Shown in pieces: positions 24,110-37,312 of a DNA stretch of 64,000 bases. The stretch spans positions 1 to 64,000 of the forward strand of contig JAUCBJ010003703.1 in assembly GCA_032718475.1 (NCBI GenBank), written 5' to 3'. Below the pieces are notes generated by a model. That model ran no database searches, had not been told where the DNA came from, and saw nothing but the letters and a program-made list of their open reading frames with translations. Source of the stretch: Nemertoderma westbladi. Lineage: Eukaryota; Animalia; Xenacoelomorpha. Both the position numbers and the translations under genes were made by a program. Each line of letters starts with the position of its first letter. Position 1 is the stretch's first letter.

Positions 24110-25408
24110 GTTTTGACCATTTCCAGTGAAGTGTCAGGTTGGAGACGGCTGATGCGGATATGAAATCATGGCGAGAGCTGAGCCACCACTTTCAAAGTAC
24201 TGGGTTGGGTTGTCCCCTCCGGACTAGATTCTTTATTTGTTCCTGTCGCTACGACAATAGACTGTCTGCTCTTATGTCGTTACGTGACCCACCCCGAGTC
24301 TACTTCGCGTCCCGGTTCCAGTGTAGAAGCAACCCGCTGTGGTTTGGTGGGGTCCACAGTTGGTGGAGGGACCCGAGTTGTCGACGAGGCGTCGACTACC
24401 GTTACCACCACACCCGCCTCAGGTACTGGCACCGTCCGACCTGACGGTACTCTGGCGGGTTTTGTTTCCTTCAGTGTAGCCGCAGCGCATCCTCCTCCGG
24501 ATCCCCAGGGTGAATGTTGCACTGTGTGACTATAGCGCATCGGTTGGTTTTCATTTGTCCGTCTGAGACACTGGAGAAGTTCGCTTTTCGCAGTAATTAT
24601 ATCCTCCCCTGCGTCACTCAGCTTACCCAGAACGATTAGTGTATTTCGATGTCATTGTCATAACCCACTCGGTCATTTGTTTGTCGTCTTCCTGGTTGAC
24701 GGATTTCTTCTGCTTTATTGTCTTTAGTAGCCCAAGAATATTGTCTTGCAACTCTATAAATTATTCGGCCATAATCGATCACAGTTTAAAATTGTTTAAG
24801 TTTAATCATACAATATCAAGCAGGTGTAGGGATCTATAGTACAGGTTCTCTGTTTATTTTTATTTTTAATGAGCAATATTCAATTTGGTGCCCCAGCAAA
24901 GCCTCCTGTAGTGTTGCTATTATATTTCGAATACTTACTATATATCGAATTGTATACGTGATATATGTAGATTAAAGGTATCGCAAATGCAGTTATAAAT
25001 TAGATAACTGGAAAGGCTTGGCCAATGCGACCTTGGCTTGGCCCACGGTGACGTCAACTGTACAGTACCGGTATACTTTTAGTTGTCAAATTGTAACTTC
25101 CATAAAAAAACACATTTTATACTATACGTGAAGTTCCCCTGTGGTACAAAAACAAAATGCCGTCAATTAAATTAAATCTTCATCCATTTACCCATGGGGA
25201 TGGAAGAACCATGTCTGGCTTCAAAGGTAGATTGTTAAGATTAACATCAGATAACTGTCTGATGTATACAGTAGCATACTAATCCAGACACTAAATGCTA
25301 AAATCTCTAAACCTCACTTTTAACCATTCTGTCTGAATAACACCCAATATTTTAAAGCATTGCTAAACAGGCCAATCGAAGGGTCCAAATTACAGTACTA
25401 TTCAAACT

Positions 25409-25562
25409 CTAACATTGCTTGAAAACCACATCTTAAGAGTAAGACTAAACATAAACAAGCCAATAGGAGGGCTCCGACAATTTCTAAGGAAATAGAGTGG
25501 GATGATAAGCAATTTTGATTGGTTGATGATGCATCCACATGCGGATTCCTATGTGTCAGTTT
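25409..25562 (-). repeat. Inverted copy of 17185-17340
   Basis: Reverse-complement match by eye. Confidence 0.85.
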
Positions 25563-26489
25563 AACGCACACTGGCAGCTGGCTGAGTACAGTCACATGAG
25601 TGGTAGACTGGTGGCTGACAGGCCATATTGAAAGGTTTTACATGTACGCCGAGCACATTCGGTGCAGCACTAGAACTTGCACCAGGAGCTGGCACAGAAA
25701 TGTCCTACGCCGGGCAATGAGTCTGAAGGGTCGGTGCTACGCTGGTGTAGCCATAGCCAGCGTAGCACCGACAATGATAGAGATGCTGCGCTCGGTGCGA
25801 ATTAATTGAAATCACGAAAATACATACAAAAATTTGCTCGCATTTATTTTTCATTTCATATTCTTCAAACTGTCAAATGTCTCTTTCTATCATTTCACGA
25901 ATACGGAACTAAAAATTTATCAATTTATTTTAACTACTATTGTTATTTGTTATGTTTATGTTAGTAAACAGGTAAAGTCAGAAAGTAACAATGTAGGCCT
26001 ATTAAGTATGACTTACTGTAATTATCAGATTATATAAGCCAACTGTATGTTAAGAGTGTAAGAGTCAGAGAGTAAGACTAATTATTATACACAGTATTAC
26101 TGCAGTACTGGTACCTAATGATAATGAAGTATTGCATATTTATTCAAATTTTACACAGTATAGAGTAATGTATTTTCAAATATAAATGTAGTGGATTACA
26201 AAAATATTTTTTAATATTACCGGCATACCGGCGACAATTTTGAATGAAACGCGCAAACTTTTAAAAAAGGAATGTAAAATTGTTCTTATGAGCTGTACGA
26301 TTTTTTGGATTTTTTGCACGTTTTGAGATATGGCATGAAATGAGCTATACCAGTCTGCCAGTATACTGGTATATGTGACTTTCTATGGATTACGATGAGG
26401 TGTGCGACGAGCCAATTTCAGGCAGTCAGGTGCGCGGTGATCTTGAAACAACAAAGTGTACCTACTCGCTCATGAATGAATTCCAACCT

Positions 26490-27312
26490 GGGCTATAACC
26501 ACCTATAACGAGCTATAATATGAAAATTTACATTAAAAAAACGCCCCTAGGGTGTTTTTAACTTTTGGATTAACACCAAACACGGTGGTCTGAAAAATAC
26601 CGCAGGTTAAAACTTAGGCTGTTAGGGTAGGCCTATCTGCCTATGCTGCTATGCCTAATTGATACTGGTAAGATTTTTTATTGGCCTATATTGCTCACTC
26701 ACTATATGCTATATTCCTGTATTCTATATCTATATCGACCAGACTGCCAGAAGCTGACAGCGGATAGCACGATGGAGGATAGACAGAGAGATGGGAGACC
26801 TCTCCACTGCTGCACTGTCTGATAGTCAGATAATGCAGTACTGCAGTAGTCAGGCAGTCAGGTAGGCCTAGTGCCTAGTGCAGCAGTCTGGTAGTGGTAT
26901 GCTGACTAAAATGCAATAATGACTGATTCCGTGATACCACAAAGATGAAAAGCATTATGGACTAAAAAAACAAATTGCGTAATTAAATTACTGACTAGGA
27001 AAATAAATCCATTCTAATTTAGTTTAGTTTATTTCGCCACACATGTTAAAATACAACAAACAATTATACCTGGCTGCCTGGCATCAACTTATAAATACGC
27101 TACTGCGTGTTACACAACGGTATTGTTGCTAAATAATAATAAAAATAATAAAAGTAAAATATGTTTTTTTATTGTAAATTTTCAGATTATCTGATTATAG
27201 CTCGTTATACAGTTATAGGTGGTTATAGCTTGTTATAGGAAGTTATAGCCCATTAACTGATTAAAGCTCGTTATAGCCCGTTATAGATCGTTCTACCTTT
27301 TAATACTTACCC
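26490..27312. mobile_element. Truncated Foldback-like element with GTTATAG subterminal repeats
   Basis: CTATAAC repeats at 26490-26520 are inverted relative to the GTTATAG array at 27195-27290. The right end TACTTACCC is a GGGT-type terminus. Left terminus and TSD not found. Confidence 0.5.
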
Positions 27313-27370
27313 TGTACATTCTCTTCTCAATGCAACCCAGGTTGGAATTTATGTAGAGTTTGCTCAACAT

Positions 27371-27497
27371 GTGTGGCGCGGATTAAGGATCCTGGCGCGT
27401 AGTAGTGACAGGGGCGTGTGGCGCGGATTAAGGATCCCGGCGCGTAGTGACAGGGGCGTGTGGCGCGCATTGAGGATCCTGGCGGTCCTGGCGCGAA
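27371..27497. repeat. About 42-45-bp GC-rich tandem repeat, about 3 copies
   Basis: GTGTGGCGCGGATTAAGGATCCYGGCGCGTAGTGACAGGGGC repeated. Confidence 0.85.
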
Positions 27498-30069
27498 TAT
27501 GGATGTAGGGTTAGGTTAGGACAGTAGGAGGTAGCGTAGCAGTGCACTAGCAACACATCCCACTCTACAGCTCTATTTCAGTATTTGAAATTATTCCATA
27601 GGTTTATTAAGATCGAAAAATGTCTGCTCGCTTCGCTTGCGTTTATACTATAACTGTATAAGTCTACTCTTAGCACTGTTTGGCTGTGGACAAATGGAAA
27701 CGGACAGATTGAGCATGACCATTAAAAACATGACTTGTTTCAAAAGTTTTTCAATTGTCAGATTCTTCAAACCAATAAAACCATGACAGCCTGCATGATT
27801 CAGCAGACAGTCTGGGAAATTAGCCCAATAGGGAAATTTTAAAATTTCTCTATAAGGAAACTTTTATTTCCCTAGGCCTATAGGGAAATTTTTGCATAAT
27901 CGCTATAGCGCATTCACTGATAACATAGCGCATTAAGTGAGATATACTAGGTCATTCACCTCTACCCTGTCTTCAATATAACTACTGCCCCAAGGCAGCC
28001 AACTACTACCCTGGGGGTTTTACAGACATGCGAAAATTAACTTTGCCTGTTTCCCTATAGGGAAACATGCATATGTTTCCCTATTAGTGTTAGACCGGAG
28101 CTCCGGCTCCGGTCCGGATCCGGCCCGGAAAATGGTGCTCCGGTTCCGGTCCGGCTCCGGCTAAAATATGACTGGAGGACCGGAGCTCCAGTATAAAACT
28201 GTAAAAGACAGACAGACTGACAGAGACACACAATGTACAGATGTACAATGCACAATCAGTTGTCCACAGTCACAGTCATCTAGTCTAGTCAGCTAGTCCA
28301 TCATAGTACAGCCAGACAGCTTTGCCTACTGCTGTACTGGCCTACCAGGTGCCAGGCTGAGGCTACAAAGACAGGCCAGTCAGTACACTACCTACAGTAC
28401 TACCTATAGTACCTACAGTACTGTACTACCTACTCACTCTCTGACTCTGTCTAGCCTGTCGCTGTCACTAGCCTAGTACAGTAGTATTAGTACTAGTACC
28501 TATACCTCTACCTGTTGCCTGTCTACATCTACAGATCCGGTCCTACTAATTACCCCAACCTACCCCAACCTACCACAATCTACCACAATCTACCCCAACA
28601 ATTCGATACAGGCATCTAATTACCACAATGTTATTTTACAATGGCATCTAATTACCACAATATACAGAACTCAAGTGTCTATTTACCACAAGACTACACT
28701 GCATCTAATTACCACAATATTATTTTACAATGGCATCTAATTACCACAATATACAGAACGCAAGTGTCTAATTACCACAAGACTATACTGCGTCTAATTA
28801 CCACAATCTATTTACGAACAAGACTACACTGCACACTGCATCTAATTACCACAATATTATTTTACAATGGCATCTAATTACCACAATATACAGAACGCAA
28901 GTGTCTAATTACCACAAGACTATACTGCGTCTAATTACCACAAGACTACACTGCATCTAATTACCACAATATTATTTTACATGGCATCTAATTACCACAA
29001 TATACTAGCAATGTCTAATTACCACAAGACTATACTGCGTCTTTACCACAAGACTATACTGCGTCTAATTACCACAATCTATTTACGAACAAGACTACAC
29101 TGCACACTGCATCTAATTACCACAATATTATTTTACAATGGCATCTAATTACCACAATATACAGAACGCAAGTGTCTAATTAGGCCTACCACAAGACTAT
29201 ACTGCGTCTAATTACCACAATCTATTTACGAACAAGACTACACTGCATCTAATTACCACAATATTATTTTACAATGGCATCTAATTACCACAATATACAG
29301 AACGCAAGTGTCTAATTACCACAAGACTATACTGCGTCTAATTACCACAAGACTATACTGCGTCTAATTACCACAATCTATTTACGAACAAGACTACACT
29401 GCACACTGCATCTAATTACCACAATATTATTTTACAATGGCATCTAATTACCACAATATACGGAACGCAAGTGTCTAATTACCACAAGACTATACTGCGT
29501 CTTTACCACAAGACTATACTGCGTCTAATTACCACAATCTATTTACGAACAAGACTACACTGCATCTAATTACCACAATATTATTTTACAATGGCATCTA
29601 ATTACCACAATATACAGAACGCAAGTGTCTAATTACCACAAGACTATACTGCGTCTTTACCACAAGACTATACTGCGTCTAATTACCACAATCTATTTAC
29701 GAACAAGACTACACTGCATCTAATTACCACAATATTATTTTACAATGGCATCTAATTACCACAATATACAGAACGCAAGTCTCTATAATTACCACAACAC
29801 TATACTGCGTCTAATTACCACAATATACAGAACGCAGTGTCTATTTACCACAAGACCACACTGCATCTAATTACCACAATATACAGAATGCAAGAGTGTC
29901 TAATTACCACAATATACAGTACGGTAGTTATTAATATTCAGTGTCTAATTACCGCAAAACTTCACTAACGTCTAATTACCACAATATACAGAACTCAAGT
30001 GTCTAATCACGGGTAGGACTAAAAACCCAAACGGACCCAAACGGTACCCAAACGAACCCAAACGGTGGA

Positions 30070-32188
30070 ATACGGAGTTATATCAACAGATGTTATAGTT
30101 GCCACAACGGGGAAACAATTATACGATTATACGAAAAATAATTACAGTAATGCAGCTTTTTGTGTTTTACATTCATGAAGAACACAAAAAACGGTGCCAA
30201 GCCCGTATAAATGCAGAGGCTCATCTATCAACCACGCTATTTTACACGTATATGATATACAAATGGACATCATTATGTCCATTTGTGGTACATTGTTAAG
30301 GTATTAGTTTTGGAAGTAATCAGTTGTTATTTCTGTAAATATCGTTTGTATCGAAAGACCCCCCTATTTAAAGTACTGTATACTTAGTTATTGAAATAAA
30401 AAGTATTTATTGTTGGGTGTTATAGTTAAAGTTGCCGCCCTCTGGAAACAATCGCCACAACAGATGTTATAGTTGCCCCAACGGAAGAAACAATCGCCAC
30501 TACGGAGGTTATAGTTGCCACAACGGAGGAAACAATCGCCACAACGGGGGACACAATCGCCACAACAGATGTTATACTGTATTTGCTACAACGGGGAAAC
30601 AATTATACGATTATATGAAATAATAATTACAGTAATGCAGCTTTTTGTGTTTTACATTCATGAAGAACACAAAAAACGGTGCCAAGCCCGTATAAATGCA
30701 GAGGCTCATCCTATCAACCACGCTACTTTACACGTATATGATATACAATGGACATCATTATTAATAAAAAAATAAAATAAAGTACAGTGTATTTTCTGAA
30801 CGGGCATTTATCAGGGCAGGGCATTTGTAAATAAATTCCAAGGGCAAGGGTTCTGTTGTGCTCTGGGATATGTGGGCACAATTTACTGTAGGACACACAG
30901 TTATCACAATTGGTGGTGGAGAATGATATTTATAACATAAGCGACATTTACAGTAGCAAATATGTGGAAGAATTATGTATTTCAATCCATCGTTATTATT
31001 CGTGGAAGAGTTTCAGCGAGAAGAGTCAAAATTATGTCAACCTCGTACAGTACAAATTTCAACAGAATGGACGTGATTAATTACTCTGCAAAATTTTACT
31101 CTTAATCATAAAATCGGCCCACCCATCTATGAAATACTGGAAAACGGTGAAGGAAGAATTACGGATACTGTACCAGAAACGAACGAGACACAGGAAATAC
31201 ATAATTTGTAAGTTTAAATACTTTATTGAAGTAATAAAATTAACCAATAAATTAATTGTGTTTAAACACCATTTAATTCCGAATAAAAATAGCCTTAGTT
31301 TATATAAATCAATTATTGGGGCACAATTTCAGTATATTATATCCATAACGAAATCAGTTTATTTCATTTAGTAATAAGTTCTACAGTATATAGGTAGGTG
31401 AGTCTGTCGGTAGGTCAGTTGGTTAGTCTGTCGGTCAGTCTGTCGGTGGGTTAGTTGGTCAGTCAGTCGTTCAGTCTGTCGGTTGGTTGATTGGTCGGTA
31501 GGTCAGTTGGTTAGTCTGTCTGTCAGTCGGTTGGTCAGTCTTTCATTCAATCTGTCGGTCAGTTTGTTGGTTGGTTGGTTGGTCTTGTGGCAGTTGGTTT
31601 TGTATGTGAGTCCGTCGGTCGGTTGGAAAATTTATCATTCAGTCTGTTGGTCGGTCGGTCAGTTGATGGATCGGTACGTCAGTTGGTTAGTCTGTCAGTC
31701 GGTCGGTCGGTTGGCTGGTCAGTCTGTCGGTCAGTCTCTCGGTCGGTTGGTCAGTATTTCGGTCAGTCTGTTGGTCAGTCGGTTGGTCAGTCAGTCGCTC
31801 AGTCTGTCGGTCGATTGGTCAGTCTGTCGGTCAGTCTGTTGGTCGGTCGGTTGGTCAGACTGTCGGTGGGTCTGTCAGTGTGTACAGTCTGTCAGTGCAG
31901 TCAGTATAAATAAAGCGCTACTTTATACATAATGATGTCCATTGTATATCATATACGTGTAAAGTAGCGTGGTTGATAGATGAGCCTCTGCATTTATACG
32001 GGCTTGGCACCGTTTTTTGTGTTCTTCATGAATGTAAAACACAAAAAGCTGCATTACTGTAATTATTATTTCATATAATCGTATAATTGTTTCCCCGTTG
32101 TAGCAAATACAGTATAACATCTGTTGTGGTGATTGTGTCCCCCGTTGTGGCGATTGTTTCCTCCGTTGTGGCAACTATATCCTCCGTA
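30070..32188. repeat. Internal direct and inverted duplications in the Foldback spacer
   Basis: 30501-30760 is inverted at 31925-32188. 30074-30275 repeats part of it directly. An extra GGGTAGGACTAAAAACCCAAACGG terminus-like end lies at 30011. Confidence 0.85.
31393..31905. repeat. Degenerate 4-bp microsatellite (GTCA/GTCG/GTTG/GTCT)
   Basis: Continuous run such as GTCGGTTGGTCAGTCTGTCG. Confidence 0.9.
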
Positions 32189-34731
32189 AAATTATATTGT
32201 AAAATAATATTGTGGTAATTAGATGCAGTGTAGTCTTGTGGTAAATAGATTGTGGTAATTAGACGCAGTGTTGTGTTGTGGTAATTAGACGCAGTATAGT
32301 GTTGTGGTAATTAGACGCAGTATAGTCTTGTGGTAATTAGACACTCTTGCATTCTGTATATTGTGGTAATTAGATGCCATTGGAAAATAATATTGTGGTA
32401 ATTAGATGCAGTGTGCAGTGTAGTCTTGTTCGTAAATAGATTGTGGTAATTAGACGCAGTATAGTCTTGTGGTAATTAGACACTTGCGTTCTGTATATTG
32501 TGGTAATTAGATGCCATTGTAAAATAATATTGTGGTAATTAGATGCAGTGTAGTCTTGTGGTAAATAGATTGTGGTAATTAGATGCAGTATAGTGTTGTG
32601 GTAATTAGACACAGTGTAGTCTTGTGGTAATTAGACGCAGTATAGTCTTGTGGTAATTAGACACTTGCGTTCTGTATATTGTGGTAATTAGATGCCATTG
32701 TAAAATAATATTGTGGTAATTAGATGCAGTGTGCAGTGTAGTCTTGTTCGTAAATAGATTGTGGTAATTAGACGCAGTGTTGTGTTGTGGTAATTAGACG
32801 CAGTATAGTGTTGTGGTAATTAGACGCAGTATAGTCTTGTGGTAATTAGACACTCTTGCATTCTGTATATTGTGGTAATTAGATGCCATTGTAAAATAAT
32901 ATTGTGGTAATTAGATGCAGTGTAGTCTTGTGGTAATTAGACACTTGCGTTCTGTATATTGTGGTAATTAGATGCCATTGTAGAATAATATTGTGGTAAT
33001 TAGATGCAGTGTAGTCTTGTGGTAAATAGATTGTGGTAATTAGACGCAGTATAGTGTTGTGGTAATTAGACACAGTGTAGTCTTGTGGTAATTAGACGCA
33101 GTATAGTCTTGTGGTAATTAGACACTTGCGTTGTGTATATTGTGGTAATTAGATGCCATTGTAAAATAATATTGTGGTAATTAGATGCAGTGTGCAGTGT
33201 AGTCTTGTTCGTAAATAGATTGTGGTAATTAGACGCAGTGTTGTGTTGTGGTAATTAGACGCAGTATAGTGTTGTGGTAATTAGACGCAGTATAATCTTG
33301 TGGTAATTAGACACTCTTGCATTCTGTATATTGTGGTAATTAGATGCCATTGTAAAATAATATTGTGGTAATTAGATGCAGTGTAGTCTTGTGGTAAATA
33401 GATTGTATTAATTAGACGCAGTGTTGTGTTGTGGTAATTAGACGCAGTATAGTGTTGTGGTAATTAGACGCTGTATAGTATTGTGGTAATTAGACACTTG
33501 CGTTCTGTATATTGTGGTAATTAGATGCGCAGTTAGTCTTGTGGTAAATAGACACTTGCGTTCTGTATATCAGTATATTGTGGTAATTAGATGCCATTGT
33601 AAAATAATATTGTGGTAATTAGATGCCTGTATCGAATTATTGGGGTAGATTGTGGTAGATTGTGGTAGTTTGTGGTTGGTTGGGGTAGGTTGGGGTAATT
33701 AGTAGGACCCCTACAGATCTACTGGCTGACTGGCAGACTGAGTTCGAATGCTATCAACCATTCTTCTATTGCATCGTTGATCTGAGTTGTTTTGTTAGAT
33801 TTAATATGTAATAAAACTACCCGACTACCGTCAGACCGTAATGCTGTAATGTACTGGTTTATGAGTATAAAGTATAAACAAAGTCAGAAAGTGGAGAAGT
33901 TGGCTCACTAAATGTAGCTGTGTAGTGGACTAACTGCAACATGCTGACATGCCAGGTCGTATTATAGTACAGTCTGACAGTGCAGCGCAGCAGTGATACC
34001 GGTACCATTAGGTCATACTCATACAGTCATACCATACCAGGCTTCAATATATTTTTTTTAATTTTACCTACCCGGTCCGGCTCCGGTTCCGGCTCCGGTA
34101 CTTTTGGAATTTACCCGGTCCGGTTCCGGCTCCGGCAAAAATCTGGCTCCGGTCTAACGCTATTCCCTATACGGAAATTTTACCATGGATATCTCTCACA
34201 ATGACATCAAAAATTTCCCGATAGGGAAATATTGCAAAATTTCATAAAAGTTTAGGTGGTTTGTTGATAACTGATATAAATGTATAACTGCAAACAGCAC
34301 TGTGAGCTGAAATTCCAACATGTTTGTCTGTTTGTTGTTGTGCTTTCTATGCCTCTCTACAGCTCTATGCTACATACATGCAGTACATAAATCATGTAGA
34401 ATATCTATAGCACAGACCTGTAGACTTTAGATGTGTTGTTAATACCACTGTGCGTTCATGCATCTTCTTTCATTGTCTTTGGAATAGCCTATGTACAGAT
34501 GTATACGTTCGTTCATACTATAGATTAATATGTACTGTATATTGCATTGGTGTATTATTGTATTTGTCTGTTTGTATTAATATATATTATAGTTATATTA
34601 TATTTATTCATAGCCATTGCCATAGTTTTGGATTACAGTAAATTTCTATTTGAATTTGAGTGTAGCATTATTAAAAATAATAGGGTGGTATATGTAAAGC
34701 CTGTTGTCAGCTGACTAATAACTATCCCTCG

Positions 34732-35850
34732 ATGTTCCAGTATCTGAGCTCTATTAATTGGGCCTCCATCTTAGAGCCATTAGACCTACATTCATCATTG
34801 GACCTATTTCAAAAAGAGCTGATTTCCACATATAAACATAACATTCCAACTAAGTCAGGACCTTCATCCAGTAAACCTAAGTGGATAAATGGAATCGTCA
34901 AATCTCAAATAAGGATTAAGGAACAAGCTTGGATTAGCTACAAAAATAAAAAAAAAATTTCTTCATTCACAGCCTACAACAAGCAAGCTAGAAACAGATG
35001 TATTTCGGTAATTAAACAGGAGAAGGTTGCCTACGAACGTAAAACTGCAAGTAATGTCCCTAGTAACTCCAAAATATTTTGGAAATTTATACAGTCAAAG
35101 TACCAAAGGCAAGACAAGCAATACAGGATGATGGTTCGTTTGCTAGCTGATATTGAAAAGGCTACTTTTAATTTATTAATAAGTCAATGAATGAAAGAGC
35201 GCTTCGCTTGGAAGCTCGCCAACCTGCCAACATTTCTCCATGCTATTTAAGAATGGTAGTAAATATTTGTGTGAAAACTTCGGATCTATCAGTCTAACTT
35301 CAGTGGTCTGCAAACTTATGGAACGAAATATTGTCAATGAAACATACAGCTGTATATCTACATTAAGGAAAATAACCTTATACCCTATGGCCAATACGGT
35401 TTCCAGAAAGGCAGAAAGGGTGATCATGCACTCTGCAACTACTTGATTATATCTTCCATTGGTTCAAAGTACTAGATGATCGCATGTGCATCGATGTGTA
35501 CTTGGACTTTCGGAAAGCCTTTGATTCAGTGCCACAGCAGAGACTGATTGTCAAATTGCATGCCCCCTGGAATAACCGGCTTAAGTTATTAAATTGGTTT
35601 CGGGCGTTTCTCTGATGTTGTTGTCATGATGTTCCAACTCTACTCATTCATCTTTTCACCGATGACCTCAAAGACACCGCTATACTGCTATATTCGACCC
35701 CAGTAACATCACCTCTATTGCCCCAGTCTTTTTAACCACGACCAATGTAAGGCTGTAAGCCTGTAAGCTGTACTGCTGTAAGGTAATGCTCGACCACTCA
35801 CTAAAGTCCACAGATTTACAAAAAGACTTGGGAGTCCTATGATTAGTGAT
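34732..35850 (+). pseudogene. CR1-clade LINE ORF2 fragment, heavily decayed
   Basis: PKWING...KIFWKFIQSK; FKNGSKYLCENFGSISLTSVVCKLME (variant of NYRPISLTS); QYGFQKG; VYLDFRKAFDSVP; LFTDDLK. Confidence 0.85.
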
Positions 35851-37312
35851 TGTGAATGACATTCGTGATTGGTTAATTCAACACATTACTCTTGGATACT
35901 ATTATCATGAAATCTTTAGTCAGTGTCTTTCATTTCGAAGTGTGTGTTGTGCAAGGGAATTGCCATAAAAGCTTAAAAGGTGAAGGAATATTGTAAGGGG
36001 GGGTGATGTTTTTGATGAAAATAAACAACCTCTGATTAAAAGTAAATGATGTGTATAAATTCAAATATACAATAATGAAGTGTAGGTTAGGTAGTGTACC
36101 ATTATTCAATAGGCCTATATTTTGAATCAAAGCACTTAATATTATTCATTATTATTAAAACAGAAAACTTTTCTGGCAACCAACTCATGGAAAGCGTAGT
36201 CGTGGACGACCTGCCATAACATATATAGATCAACTTGAAAGGGATACTGAACTTGGGAGAAACGAAATTGCGACAACTATGGAGAGTAGTAGTAGTAGTA
36301 TTAAAACAGAAACCAGGAAAGGTACGTACAGTCAGTCGGTGAGAAGTCAAAAATTGGACTTGAGTCCAAAATTGGACTTCAAATCCAGTTCAAGTCCAAA
36401 ATTGGACTTCTGTGAGTCCAATATTGGACTTCAAATCAGCCAATTGTTCCAGGGCCTTGGGTAATTGGATCGGGCGGGATTTTTTTTTTTTAATCGAAAA
36501 TATATCAAAAAATAAGAGTTTTGAACAGGGGGACCTGAAATTCACCAGGGGGAACTTGTTTTATAAGGCTTTAAATTTTTACAAAAGTCCAATATTGGAC
36601 TTTAAGTCCAATTTTGGACGCGACATTGAGAATCAAACTTAAATGTACATGAAGCATAACAGATGTGAGACAGCCAGACAGCTATTAAGTTATGGAAAGT
36701 TACCTTTGCAGCTCTGTATGTATCTTCAGTGTACTGTACTTAGAATATAATGGTACATTCTAGCATTCTAGGTACTTTGTACTTTACTTTTAGCATATTG
36801 TTTACATTCATGTTATGTCTAACCTTACAGCCTTATGTACCCAGGACTTTATAGAGTCTTTAGGACAGTAGGACTAGATTAGATTATGCCTGTATGCTCC
36901 AATAAATATTTAATTACAAATTATATTTGGTGGAAACTGGTAGCAATGCCAGGTTTGCCAACTGCAGCTGCTGCTAGTGCTAAGGCTAACTACAGTACAC
37001 AGTACAAGCTACGATTTCGTCTAAGCCTATGGGAGCCCTATCAGAAAGAAATACTACAAAGTTGATGCTACCACCATCTCTTCTAAGTTTTCCATACAAC
37101 AGGAAGGGTATTTTAAAACAGCTGGATAATGAAAGGGGATTAACTGATTAACGTGTTGGGGTCTCCACATAATAAGTACAACACACGTCATAAACCAATT
37201 GAGGCTGAGGGAAAGGAACAGGTTACAGAGGCAGGCTTTTCTAACTAAAACAATAATCGGCCAGGATCGGGAAGGAGCCCTATCACCACATACTACTAAC
37301 TACAATCCAGCA

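Larger units (their letters stand above)
21482..24772 (-). pseudogene. LINE ORF1, interrupted by the hAT/Foldback insertion
   Basis: Probable ATG at 24772, with internal stops and frameshifts. Removing 21791-24109 plus one TSD restores FHIRISRLQPDTSLEMVKT-HLAGRNIAVDHVFNLL...YATFHVVC...IYTPGNWPKG, an RRM-like ORF1 C-terminus of CR1-group LINEs. Confidence 0.8.
18543..24997 (-). mobile_element. Full-length degenerate CR1-group LINE (L2/Daphne-like), about 4.1 kb after removing the nested hAT
   Basis: 13-bp TSD AATTAGATAACTG at 18530-18542 and 24998-25010; ORF1 and ORF2 (APE endonuclease, RT, C-terminal CCHC) are both present. Confidence 0.9.
28538..33710. mobile_element. Mutator/Foldback-type element with about 1.5-kb satellite arms
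   Basis: Ends CGGTCCTACTAATTACCCCAACC / GGTTGGGGTAATTAGTAGGACCC. 9-bp TSD CTACAGATC (28529-28537, 33711-33719). Arms of CTAATTACCACAA-core repeats at about 28545-30008 and, inverted, 32190-33703. Confidence 0.92.
28085..34162. mobile_element. Non-autonomous hAT element (MITE) carrying a nested Foldback
   Basis: TIRs TAGTGTTAGACCGGAGC / GCTCCGGTCTAACGCTA (16/17). 8-bp TSD TTCCCTAT (28077-28084, 34163-34170). TCCGG subterminal repeats. Confidence 0.92.

Noticed and set aside
28610-30008. CRISPR-like pattern: constant CTAATTACCACAA core with variable intervening sequence
   Set aside because: The core is only 13 bp, the intervening 12-17-bp sequences recur many times, there are no cas genes, and the context is eukaryotic. 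It is a satellite arm of a Foldback.
31483-31932. Ser/Val/Gly-rich ORFs
   Set aside because: Translation of a degenerate tetranucleotide microsatellite.
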